A DNA stretch of 20,856 nt from Octopus sinensis. Its lineage: Eukaryota. The notes below the pieces were generated by a model that was not told the origin of the DNA, made no database searches, and saw only the letters and a list, made by a program, of their open reading frames with translations. Below, one piece after another: positions 9,998 through 20,856 of the stretch. How positions within the stretch are numbered: position 1 is the first letter of the stretch; each line of letters starts with the position of its first letter. The position numbers were made by a program, and so were the translations under genes. The stretch is from NCBI RefSeq assembly GCF_006345805.1, contig NW_021824122.1, forward strand, positions 1-20,856. Reading direction: 5' to 3'.

Positions 9998-10514
9998 GGT
10001 CAGTCTCTCATCAACTTCTTCAAGTACCACTTGAAAAGGAAAGTGAGAGTAGAGAGGCAAGTTTTGTCTAGCGAATGTTTTAAAAAAAGATGGGTGAATG
10101 TAGCAAGAATGGCACGTATGAATGACGAAGCCACCTTGAGCATGATCCTATGAACCCAGAAATTGAAAACAGAGAGTTGCTTATTCGCAAAAAAAAAGAA
10201 GAAATATAACATGTGACTCCATTGACCGAGGTTACCGTGGTCTTTTCCGTAGGCTTTTCTTTCCACGGGTAAACCTCACCTGTCCTCCCCTTTACACTTC
10301 ATATTGACATTTCTGTGATAACGATCCCTATTGATCATTTTTTTCCCTCTCCCCCTTTTTTTTAACCCCCCTTTTTTGTCCTTTTTCTCTCCTTTTACGA
10401 TCCCTTTTGATCGAAACACCCCCTTCCTTTTTTTTTTTTTAAACCTTCAAAAGAAAAGCTCTACCTTGTAACTTGTTCTATTTGTGTGCAGCCCTGTGTG
10501 GTTAATAAAGAAAC
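9998..10514 (+). mobile_element. 5'-truncated Tx1/L1-like LINE: ORF2 C-terminus plus structured 3' UTR
   Basis: Open frame 9998-10153 GQSLINFFKYHLKRKVRVERQVLSSECFKKRWVNVARMARMNDEATLSMIL* (absent from the ORF track), resembling Tx1 C-termini (basic helix, F-x-x-R-W); pyrimidine-rich UTR; AATAAA at 10504-10509; TATC repeats resume after 10514. Confidence 0.7.
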
Positions 10515-10537
10515 ATATCTATATATCTATCTATATT

Positions 10538-10600
10538 TTATTAAAAAGCTGCAAAGGCATAAAAAAAAACTGTTACTCAGAGTTTCGTTCGTCGGTCAGT
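10538..10600 (-). mobile_element. Fragment of a second Penelope-like repeat (family P) with a hammerhead remnant
   Basis: Minus strand 10570-10599: CUGA-CCGACGA-AC-GAAA-CUC-U-GAG-UA-ACAG. Confidence 0.55.
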
Positions 10601-10784
10601 GTTGTTAAGGTGGAATATCTGTGTACGTAAACATGTACAGTGATACTCAGAAGCAAATTATAGCTTGGTAAATTTCAATCAAATGTGAGATCTACTGTAA
10701 GAAGGCAACATATATGAGAAACTTCAAGATCTGTGAAATCGTGGCTTCCCAGAGATAACACAAATTGCAAAACCTGGAGAAATT

Positions 10785-10835
10785 CTCTCTCTCTCTCTCT
10801 CTCGCTCTCTCTAAATATAAATATAAATGTATACG

Positions 10836-10873
<38 letters not shown>

Positions 10874-10950
10874 CATATAAATGTATGTGTATATATATGT
10901 ATATAAATGTATGTATATATATATGCGTGTGGGTGGGGCGTGTGTGTGTG
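10785..10950. repeat. Compound (CT)n-(TA)n-(TG)n tract
   Basis: Direct read. Confidence 0.9.
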
Positions 10951-11025
10951 TGTGGAGGCGCAATGGCCCAGTGGTTAGAGTAGCGGACTCGCAGTTGTAG
11001 GATTGCGGTTTCTATTCCCAGACCG
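10951..11025 (+). mobile_element. SINE family B tRNA-like head only
   Basis: tgtggaggcgcaatggcccagtggttagag...gcggtttctattcccagaccg matches 17275-17348. Confidence 0.88.
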
Positions 11026-11119
11026 AAGAACGGGAATAATTAATAAGGCATATTATTCTACCTCCGGTATTCGATCACTATAGTTTTCCACCTTGTCTCA
11101 CATTTTTATGTGCTTACTC
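11021..11119 (+). mobile_element. Family P fragment, inverted relative to 10538-10600
   Basis: gaccgaagaacg matches gaccgacgaacg of the minus-strand copy at 11/12 positions; the extent of the downstream part is inferred. Confidence 0.45.
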
Positions 11120-12179
11120 TGGTATTTATACATATATATATATAAGCAATTTCCATAAATAAAGGATTATTTCAACTATAATGCAGCAGCGAAAAGGCTT
11201 TTTTTGTGTGATACATAATCGATTTCGTTGTTCCCAATGTGTTGACGTCGACTTCATCTGGTTTCAATTTTCCCCTTTGATGAAAGACATTGTACAGTGT
11301 CAGTCGCCTATTTTTTGTATATCTAATATTACAACGAATGTTTTCCTTTATTGGCTGTCATTTCTTGTAAGCTTTGTCTGTTCTAGTTTAGCTCCCAGTC
11401 ACTCCTAACTGTGCAGATTAATGGTCAAAATCAATTTAGCCATGATCTGCTGTTTTTCATAAAGCCATTAGCTTCCAAGTCTACATACCGAATGCATATG
11501 TCTTCTCCCATTTTCAATGTTAAATCCTGATTTAAGTGAAATTTTACTGTTATTGCTACCTTAGCATGCATGTAGACGAGCTTATTTTTATGGTTCGCGT
11601 CATTGAATAGATTACTAATAAGCAATTTATATAACCAGTATTGTTGAAAACCACGCTCAACAGCATTGGTTTCAAAGCCCGAAACCGAGTGACCCTACAC
11701 CATGAAAGTCGGGGCTATAATATTTGTTTCTGCGTGATTGTTAAATTTCCAAGAAATGGCGCTAAATTCTCACGCAAATCACGTTTTGCTATCTTAAAAA
11801 TATGGTGGAAAACCACATTAAACAACGTACTTCTAAATGCATTAAATTTGAATGTTTTTTTTTTTTATTATAACTCTACTCAGTCAGATCTGACCGGGGG
11901 CTAAACCACAAGAACATCTGCAACAATAGCAGCAACAGCGGCAACGATATTAACGGCCACAAAAGCTACTAAAAATCATTTCTTGAAATTCTTCTCCAAT
12001 TCTTGTCTCCAGAAAAGCAAAATTCTATTTAAACGTATAGCAGCATATGTTGAGTTTTCTCTTCTGCCATTATTATAATAATTTCCAATATGGAATATAT
12101 ATTTAAATAGTTTTAATAAATTATGAGATTTCAAAAAAAAAAAAAAAGAAAGAAAGAAAGAAAACCAGAAGACAAGCAA

Positions 12180-12225
12180 CATTAACAACAACCTAATATT
12201 AATAACAGCAATAATAATAATAATA

Positions 12226-12274
<49 letters not shown>

Positions 12275-12349
12275 TAATACTAATAATAATAATATAATAA
12301 TAATGATAATAATAGTAATAATAATAATAATAATAATATAATAATAATA

Positions 12350-12387
<38 letters not shown>

Positions 12388-12410
12388 TAATAATAATAAT
12401 AATAATAATA

Positions 12411-12455
<45 letters not shown>

Positions 12456-12475
12456 TAATAATAATAATAATAATG
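12180..12475. repeat. (AAT)n microsatellite, preceded by poly(A)/(AAAG)n at ~12133-12165
   Basis: Direct read. Confidence 0.95.
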
Positions 12476-13079
12476 AAATGTCTATTATTTTTTTCTTTCT
12501 CAAACATTGTTATAAATGACTTGCTAAGACATTTGGATCAAACTTTACGAATGTTTTAAATTTGTGTCCGTCTTTGATCTTTGCTTTTCAAATTTTAAAC
12601 CGGAATCGTATCTTTCCTCTCACTGATTCTTTACAAAGAAATAAAGAATCTCAGTGAGAGAAATTGAAGTCTTTGAACACAATGAAATAAATCAGCCTAA
12701 ATAATGCCTGCCTCACTTTACCATTCCTCATTGAACAAGAAGCATTTAACAGTTGCATATCAAAGTGAAGTGGTTGCACATATATTCAATTGATTCCGAT
12801 TGAAAAATGATTTTATCATTTTTAAATTTGTTTTATTTGTTTTATTTATTTATTTATCTTTCCTTTGTTTATTTGTTTCTTTTTGTTATTTAATTCTTAT
12901 TTTACTTTTTTTTTTCTTTTGCTTATTATTATTATTATTATTATTTTTCTACATTTATTCAACGGAATTCTTTCCAAGTCAGGTCATTGTCACTGACATC
13001 TTTTTCGATCTTTATCAATAGCTTTCACTTCTGGTTTCGGCTTAAACACGTAGACGCGCATACGTAAGCCAGCACTAAC

Positions 13080-13720
13080 GACAGCTACACTTGCACACAC
13101 TCACACATATGTATATAGACAAAACTACGCACGTATATACGCAAACATACACATACACACAAACACACTCTAAATCACATGAATGTTTGCATACATATGT
13201 ATATATACGTATACATATACATGTATAAATCTATATACATATATATATATATATGTAAGTGTATGGACATAAATGGATATATATATATATATATATAGGG
13301 AGAAAGAGAGAGAGACATCATGATTTATGTATCTCACAAATCTTCTTTCCATCTCTCAACAATCTATTTTCAAACCTTCACTCCAAGCAGCTCAAAAGCA
13401 TTTCCCTTCTCTCTCCTTCTCCCAATTTCTCTCTCTCTCTCCCTCTCACACTGTCACTCTCACTTTCTCATTCTCTCCGTCTCTCCCTCTTCCTTCCTGC
13501 CTTTTTCCACCTCACTCGCTCCCTCTGTCTTTCTGTTGCTCTCTTACTCTCCTCCCTCTTCTCTCTCTCTCACTCACGTGCTTCTACACGTATGATATAT
13601 ATTACTGTACCTACGCAGGCAGACACTACTCACAAGCACACACATACACTGACACCCATTCACACATCTACACTAACGCGCAAACAAACCCCCACACAAG
13701 ACACATATGTATATAGCTAT
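13080..13720. repeat. Degenerate (CA)/(TA)/(CT) low-complexity block
   Basis: Direct read. Confidence 0.8.
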
Positions 13721-14160
13721 TACTATTAAACTGTTCTTTTGTTTTCTGTTGATTTTCCATTGAAAGCACCTGTATAACCAGACTTCACTTTTTTTCTTCA
13801 CATTTCATGAAGACTCGTCAAAATTCCAATATTTCTGCCCATTTCAAAATATATTCAATCGTAGTTTCAGCAATGTAATTATTTCTCTGTTTTTGAATTA
13901 ATAGAAATCTTCTGTCTACTTCCATCGTTAATTGATTGCTGTCTTACATATGTACATGACATTAATTTTGTATGACTTTCTGATGAAAATTTATTTGCTA
14001 AATTTCTTTGATTGTATTTCTGAGATTCTATTAAGGAGAATCTACTGTCATTCGCGCACAAGTCTTTTGCTTGGCCCTGAGAAAAAATATCTACTGTTTC
14101 GGAAACGTTCTTTACAGGTTTATATATTTATCCTTTAATTCTGAGTGGAATACTTAATAT

Positions 14161-14486
14161 CTAAAGACTCCGCCGGTTACGACGACGAGGGTCCCAGCTG
14201 ATACGATCAACGGAACAGCTTGCTCGTGAAATTAACGTGCAAATGGCTGAGCATTCCACAGACAGGTGTACCCTTAACGTAGTTCTCGGGGATAATCAGA
14301 GTGACACAGAGAGTGACAAGGCTGACCCTTTGAAATACAAGTACAACTCATTTTTGCCAGATGAGTGGACTGGAGCAACGTGAAATAAAGTGTCTTGCTC
14401 AAGGACACAACGCGTCGCCGGGAATCGAACTCACAACCATACGATCATGAGCCGAATGCCCTAACCACTAAGCCACGCGCCCTCAC
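14161..14486 (-). mobile_element. Full-length tRNA-SINE: CORE-like head H + tail X, with 12-bp TSD
   Basis: Minus strand gtgagggcgcgtggcttagtggttagg (A box)...gagttcgattcccgg (B box)...gttgtgtccttgagcaagacac (CORE-like), then the same tail as family B; TSD aatacttaatat at 14149-14160 and 14487-14498. Confidence 0.92.
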
Positions 14487-14880
14487 AATACTTAATATAC
14501 TGTTTTCATGAAATATATTTTCTCTCTAAGTACTTCACGCCTTATGAGGCATAAATGGTTTATCTTCACTGTTATCAACTCTGGTGTATCTTTGCTGCTT
14601 CTGCTACTCTCTTCTCTTGGATTTTGTTGGCGTTGAATTGTCATCTATGCTGTTTGTAGTCAGAGGTGTTGGATCTACGCAAAACCGTTGTTACTTCTAG
14701 GAAGTAGTGATTTACATTTGCCCGGCTTCTGCCCTTTGCATTGTACCGTCAGGCGACACCCAGTCAGGAGCATATGTTTCACTGCCATAGCGCCGAGGAT
14801 CAATGAAACTCACAAGTCATCACGCCATAGCAATGACAGAAATTTGTTGTGGGTGTAATGTAATGGCCGGTGGCATTCCT

Positions 14881-15117
14881 CGAACTGGCAGAAACGTTAG
14901 CACGCCGGGCGATCCGCGTAGCATTATTTCGTCTGCCGTTACGTTCTGAGTTCAAATTCCGTCGAGGTCGACTTTGCCTTTCATCCTTTCGGGGTCGATA
15001 AATTAAGTACCAGTTACGCACTGGGGTCGATATAATCGACTTAATCCGTTTGTCTGTCCTTGTTTGTCCTCTCTGTGTTTAGCCCCTTGTGGGTAGTAAA
15101 GAAATAGGTATTCATCT
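14881..15117 (+). mobile_element. SINE family C with tail 1
   Basis: aactggcagaaacgttagc (A box-like), gagttcaaattcc (B box), central domain gaggtcgactttgcctttcatcctttcggggtcgataaattaagtacc. This resembles conserved metazoan SINE central domains; I cannot assign the superfamily. Confidence 0.9.
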
Positions 15118-15634
15118 GATGACCAGACAGTGACAAAACACTTGTCACTTACAATGTTATCTTGTTTCATTCCATTCTGTTACATATAGTGAATTGAATC
15201 ACATATTCTACAGTATTAATCAATGAAATATCGGGTCTTACATAAGAAATTTATAAGCTCAGGACACTGATGTGAGCCAAAAATATTTTATTACATACTA
15301 AATATTTCATGTCTCAGAAAATCAAACTTGGATCTCACCACATAGAGATTTGAATGACTTTATATTTCTGAATAAATCATCTTCAACGACGACTAGATTA
15401 CACCGGGAAACAACATATTATTGTCATTCTTCACTTTCTAACCAAAATACTTCAACCACTAGTACCATCATAATGTGTGTTCCTAGTGTAAATAATCTAC
15501 CATAACAAAATTAGAATGGGAACTGCCCAAGTATTTATACTTGTCTCCCCTTCTCCTGAAGTGTATCATCCAATCACATTTTACGCCTATCTTCCTCCCA
15601 CTAGCCTTACATGTCTCACCCAACCAAGTCACAT

Positions 15635-15770
15635 AAAGTATTCAACGGTGTCTCCAACATAAATTACCAGGTAACATTGCTCACCTATGGATCCTATCCG
15701 CCTCTAGTTGCTTGGATCAGCGGATTCCTGTTAGGCCACACACCTAATAAACTCTAACGTGCCTCAAGTT
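15635..15770 (+). pseudogene. Ancient CR1/L2-group reverse-transcriptase remnant
   Basis: KVFNGVSNINYQVTLLTYGSYPPLVAWISGFLLG fits without gaps the KAFDxV-H-xxL-xKL-xYG...WIxxFLxxR RT motif, followed by INSNVPQ (cf. INSGVPQG) at 15747-15767 in another frame. Confidence 0.55.
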
Positions 15771-15998
15771 CGAGGCAATACATTAATAGCCTATTTACCT
15801 TCACTCTTGTCATATACACCAGCAACCTATATTTTACCATCTCCAAAAACATTCCGGCGTAGACGGTGCTATTTCTTCGAAGCCCCTTAAACATCTTCGA
15901 CGAAGCATGTCTACATGCATTCTTCAAAATATACATCTACGACCTGTTTATCAGTCAACTGCTAAAACACCAAATCTTTCTCCGACGGAACGTGATTG

Positions 15999-16398
15999 CT
16001 TTTTCACCTGCACCCAAGAGCCCGAAATTTTGGGGGAATGGGAGGCAGTCGATTAGATCGACCTCAGTACGCAACTGGTACTTAATTTATAGACCCCGAA
16101 AGGATGAAAGACAAAGTCGACCTCGGTGGAATTCGAACTCAAAACGTAAAGACAGGCGAAATACCTATTTCTTTACTGCCCACAAGGGGCTAAACACAGG
16201 GAGGACAAACAAGAACAGACAAACGGATTAAGTCGATTATATCGACCACAGTGCATAACTGGTACTTAATTTATCGACCCCGAAAGGATGAAAGTCAAAG
16301 TCGACCTCGGCGGAATTTGAACTCAGAATGTAACGGCAGACGAAATACGGCTACGCATATCGCCCGGCGTGCTAACGTTTCTGCCAGCTCGCCGCCTT
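15999..16398 (-). mobile_element. Dimeric SINE family C: full left monomer with tail 1 + head-truncated right monomer with tail 2
   Basis: Central domain present twice (~16065-16150 and ~16255-16340); junction gcgaaatacctatttc at ~16156-16171. Confidence 0.88.
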
Positions 16399-16864
16399 CT
16401 TATGATTGTCTCTTCAGAGAGACAATTACTACTTCTATTACAGCACAATTACTACATATACTAAAACACCATTATTGCATCAGTCACCAAATGTGCACAA
16501 TACGCATATAGAAATCTCGTGGATGCTACAAATGTTAAACCGAGCCATCACTGAGCATTTCTCCTGGCATAGCAAAAACAATGGTGCAAAAACTGACCTT
16601 TCTCCATGTAGTTCCTCTGCCACTACACAGACTCTACTTCATACTGAAAAGAGTTAAATCAAATATAAAACTTTGAGATAGTTTTTTAAAAAAATTAATT
16701 AGTTTCTAGTTAATGATTATTTTCATCATTTTCAATGTAATTCAGTAAATTAAAATTTCATAATTTACTACTTTGAACATTTTAACATTCACATTACTAA
16801 TTTATCAATGTATTATTTACAATTTCACTGCCAAATATCTGCTTTAAATGAGGACATGATGTCG

Positions 16865-17005
16865 CAGAATCATTAGAATATCGTTCAAAATGTCAAGTGA
16901 TAAGAATTAACGATAGTTTATGTTGTGAGTTCAGATAGAGCTGAAGTGAGCATTGCACTGGGGCTGAAATGTGTCGATAAATAAACGCACCAGTCAAGCA
17001 CTGAG
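16865..17005 (+). mobile_element. Highly decayed family C-related SINE
   Basis: gcagaatcattag...gagttcagat...gtcgataaataaacgcaccagtcaagcactg follows the family C motif order. Confidence 0.45.
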
Positions 17006-17102
17006 TTTCATATAAAAAAAATGGTTCTAGCGTTTTGGTTCTAGCGTTTCGGCTGTGTTAATGAGACGCTAATTAACCACACTAACTTACCGCTAACCCG
17101 TG

Positions 17103-17140
<38 letters not shown>

Positions 17141-17150
17141 TCTCTCTCTC

Positions 17151-17247
<97 letters not shown>

Positions 17248-17272
17248 TATATATATATATATATATATATAA
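17103..17272. repeat. (CT)n directly abutting (TA)n
   Basis: Direct read. Confidence 0.95.
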
Positions 17273-17274
17273 TA

Positions 17275-17588
17275 TGTGGAGGCGCAATGGCCCAGTGGTT
17301 AGGGAAGCGGACTCACGGTCGTAGGATCGCGGTTTCGATTCCCAGACCAGGTGTTGTGAGTGTTTATTGAGCGAAAACACCTAAAGCTCCACAAGGCTCC
17401 GGCAGGGGATGGTGGCGATCCCTGCTGTACTCTTTCGCTACAACTTTCTCTCAGTCTTTCTTCTGTTGGCCTGCTCGCTTAGCCAGCGGGGTGGCGTCAT
17501 TTGAAGGCTAAAACAATGCGAAGCACATTGTGACCAGCGATGTGTAGTAACATCTGATAGCCTGGTCAACCACGGTGATCACGGTGAT
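17275..17588 (+). mobile_element. SINE: head B + tail E
   Basis: Intact A box tggcccagtgg and B box-like ggtttcgattccc; matches family B up to actttctctca-tctttcttc, then switches at 17468 to module E ending cacggtgatcacggtgat. Confidence 0.9.
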
Positions 17589-17921
17589 ATATATATATAT
17601 ATACATATATATCCCTAATTGCATAATATTTTTTTATTTGTGCTGTTAAATGTTTTAACCCTTTCTGTTTTCCACGCATACTGTTTTCCCTGTTATCATG
17701 GTGGATAAATTTAAGACTTTAGCCCTTATTTCTAGCAGGTGGATTTTTGTTAAGGATCCTTACGTTTTGTATAAATGTATAATTCAAAGCTATTTAATGC
17801 TATTGCGCCTGAGATCCACCTATGTCACTGCTGGTGATATCATCAATTTTAAAATTTATCCACAGATGATATGAACAGTAGTGACATCTGATTTCAAACT
17901 TTTGTGTTTGAATGTTTTGCT

Positions 17922-17924
<3 letters not shown>

Positions 17925-17980
<56 letters not shown>

Positions 17981-17999
17981 ATGTGTGTGTGTGTGTGTG

Positions 18000-18038
<39 letters not shown>

Positions 18039-19037
18039 TTTGTGCGTTCAGAAGGATATATTATCAAGGCGGATACCGTGGTAGCTCTCAGTTATGTTCC
18101 AGGTTACGGCTAACCGCATCGATTACTAATTAACGTCAATGGCTATTTGGAGTTATAGTTCAGGCTGTAAATTCCTCCGATGGGTAATTCCGGGTTCGCT
18201 TCTCTGGATGTTATATTATCTGGGGGTCTATATTTGCAATAAACATAACGTCTGAGAATATGGGTACATGCATCCTCACTATTTATTTCCTTTTATTTTA
18301 CAATGCCATACAACATAAAAATATACTGTAAGACATTGTAAAATAATTGAATGAGGAAAGATACATTTTTATCTAAAATTTGAGTCATTGTGCCTATACG
18401 CAGGTTCAATCCCACTTGAGTTCCTGAAATGAAACTTTCATACAGCGGTTTCTGTTTATTTTTTCTTTTACTATATTCCTATTGTAATGAAACAGAACAC
18501 AACGCATAATTAACATCAACATAGTTCGATAAGTGATGGATCATTGATAGTTCGATCGTGTTAATGAAGCACCATATCTGTACCTGCCTTCAATAGGCAT
18601 CGAATTCGATTCTCGTCTAAGAGATTAAGTATTTCGATCTCGTTGATATTACGTTTTGGACATTATATTATCAAGTTAGGATCAGGATTGATCTGGTATT
18701 TGAAGACACATTACATGGAAATCGTAGCTGTCGTCAAATGTCTATCATTATCATAACCCAAATAACACTCTCAAGTTCTTTCTCCATCTCCAAATCCCTC
18801 TTCTCTCCAAAGTTTTCTCCGCCCCCTTCCCACCCCCATTCCACACACACACACACACACACACAGTCATTGTAATTAGCATTTTCATCTTTATTTATAC
18901 AGGAATAATTAGAGAAAAATAAGAATTCAAGTATGTGCGGCGGCGTGTGTGTGTTTTGCATGTATAAGTATGTATATATGTATATTTATATGTTCATATA
19001 TATACATAAGTATATATATTTATATATTGTATATATG

Positions 19038-19060
<23 letters not shown>
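17925..19060 (+). repeat. Tandem duplication, copy 1 (~1.15 kb unit)
   Basis: cgttcagaaggatatattatcaaggcgg at 18045 and again at 19201 (offset 1156); the two copies are collinear throughout. Confidence 0.92.
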
Positions 19061-19133
<73 letters not shown>

Positions 19134-20220
19134 TTTGTGTGTATGTATGTTGTGTGTTGTGTTGGGTGTGTGCGTGTGTGTGTGTGTATGTGTGTTTGTG
19201 CGTTCAGAAGGATATATTATCAAGGCGGATCACCGTGGTAGCTCTCAGTTTATGTTCAGGTTACGGCTAACCGCATCGATTACTAATTAACGTCAATGGC
19301 TATTTGGAGTTATAGTTCAGGCTGTAAATTCCTCCGATGGGTATTCCGGGTTCGCTTCTCTGGATGGTAATATTATCTGGGGGTCTATATTTGCAATAAA
19401 CATAACGTCTGAGAATTGGGTACATGCATCCTCACTATTTATTTCCTTTTATTTTACAATGCCATACAACATAAAAATATACTGTAAGACATTGTAAAAT
19501 AATTGAATGAGGAAAGATACATTTTTATCTAAAATTTGAGTCATTGTGCCTATACGCAGGTTCAATCCCACTTGAGTTCCTGAAATGAAACTTTCATACA
19601 CCGGTTTCTGTTTAGATTTTTCTTTTACTATATTCCTATTGTAAATGAAACAGAACACAACGCATAATTAACATCAACATAGTTCGATAAGTGATGGATC
19701 ATTGATAGTTCGATCGTGTTAATGAAGCACCATATCTGTACCTGCCTTCAATAGGCATCGAATTCGATTCTCGTCTAAGAGATTAAGTATTTCGATCTCG
19801 TTGATATTACGTTTTGGACATTATGTATTGGTATATTATCAAGTTAGGATCAGGATTGATCTGGTATTTGAAGACACATTACATGGAAATCGTAGCTGTC
19901 GTCAAATGTCTATCATTATCATAACCCAAATAACACTCTCAAGTTCTTTCTCCATCTCCAAATCCCTCTTCTCTCCAAAGTTTTCTCCGCCCCCTTCCCA
20001 CCCCCATTCCACACACACACACACAACAGACACAGTCATTGTAATTAGCATTTTCATCTTTATTTTATACAGAGAATAATTAGAGAAAAATAAGGAATTC
20101 AAGTATGTGTGCGGCGTATGTGTGTTTTGCATGATAAGTATGTATAGATGTATATTTAATTATGTTCATATATATACATAGTATAATTTTATTATTGTAT
20201 TATATATGTATATATATATG

Positions 20221-20240
<20 letters not shown>
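19061..20240 (+). repeat. Tandem duplication, copy 2
   Basis: As for copy 1; differences are mostly 1-bp indels plus one 10-bp indel. Confidence 0.92.
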
Positions 20241-20276
<36 letters not shown>

Positions 20277-20418
20277 CTATTATAATATATATACATTCAT
20301 TTATATATATATTATATATATATATTAATATTATACATGTAATCATACATATATTTATAAAATAAAAAAATGTCTATAAATACTATTATACATAATATAT
20401 ATATAAGATATATATATT

Positions 20419-20455
<37 letters not shown>

Positions 20456-20480
20456 ATAGATTTATTGATTATATAGATAT
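20120..20480. repeat. Degenerate (TA)n tract
   Basis: Direct read. Confidence 0.9.
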
Positions 20481-20856
20481 ACTTCAACACATGCGGTGTA
20501 CTTACACTCACACAGGCGAGACAGCAGTCGGCCACATCATTTTCGTGCGCATGTGTGTCTACATATATATATATAAATGAATATAAATAAATGAATTTCT
20601 GCGCGTACCTCTCTAAGCGCAGATGCGTGCGTGGGCACGCGAATGTGTGTGTTTACGTGTATAGTGTTGCATCTGCGTGCTGTATCTTTCCGTCCATATT
20701 AATTCATAAGTAGAGCCACAAATAAGGAAAACAGTAAAAGAAGAAAAGAGACATAATCATCGTTTGTAAGAGACAAGGATAAGAATGTAAAAATCGATTC
20801 TTCCTAAAATAACAACAGTATGAATTTTAATTGGAGACTCCAAACGAGGATGTACA

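Noticed and set aside
10311-10417. gatc-N6-gatc-gaaac as a possible hammerhead
   Set aside because: No CUGANGA/CCGANGA core or stems I/III in register; better explained as Tx1-like 3' UTR hairpins
11212-11333. Minus-strand VILDIQKIG / LTLYNVF / NEIDYV resembling LINE APE endonuclease motifs
   Set aside because: Three short matches in three frames with the wrong spacing; needs an HMM search to support
11646-11816. Segment bounded by gaaaaccac repeats, with hairpin ggtttc/gaaacc
   Set aside because: Probably an interspersed repeat fragment, but no second copy in the window and no ribozyme core; cannot be classified
14800-15021. Recurrent peptide RNWYLIYRPRKDERQSRPRRNLNSE (also at 7237, 15866, 16251)
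   Set aside because: Antisense reading of the SINE family C central domain, not a gene family
17022-17049. 14-bp tandem duplicate tggttctagcgttt; also palindromes gtcagatctgac (~11886) and atcgaattcgat (18599-18610) and small hairpins at 8521-8542 and 15129-15149
   Set aside because: Short enough to arise by slippage or chance in 21 kb
17275-17348. tRNA-like heads as genuine tRNA genes
   Set aside because: No complete cloverleaf or acceptor stem, and they continue into SINE bodies

Overview
Repeat-saturated, AT-rich, non-coding animal DNA. I recognise the tRNA-derived SINE families as Octopus/coleoid-like; that assignment comes from recall, not a search. I find no intact protein-coding gene, and almost all ORF-track entries are microsatellite or antisense-SINE artefacts. 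Decayed mobile elements present: 3' fragments of an RTE-clade LINE, two different R4/Dong-like (restriction-like endonuclease) LINEs, a Tx1-like LINE, an old CR1-like RT remnant, a deleted mariner/maT-type transposase, at least four tRNA-SINE architectures that swap heads and tails, and short (TA)n-embedded Penelope-like terminal repeats. Most interesting signals: (1) minimal type I hammerhead-ribozyme folds with a non-canonical CCGANGA core (U4->C) in two unrelated short repeat families; (2) each retroelement class sits in its own microsatellite type, including a Tx1-like element inside (TATC)n; (3) a GTCGA-N5-TCGAC stem-loop shared across SINE lineages; (4) a ~1.15 kb near-identical tandem duplication at the right end, which may be an assembly artefact.
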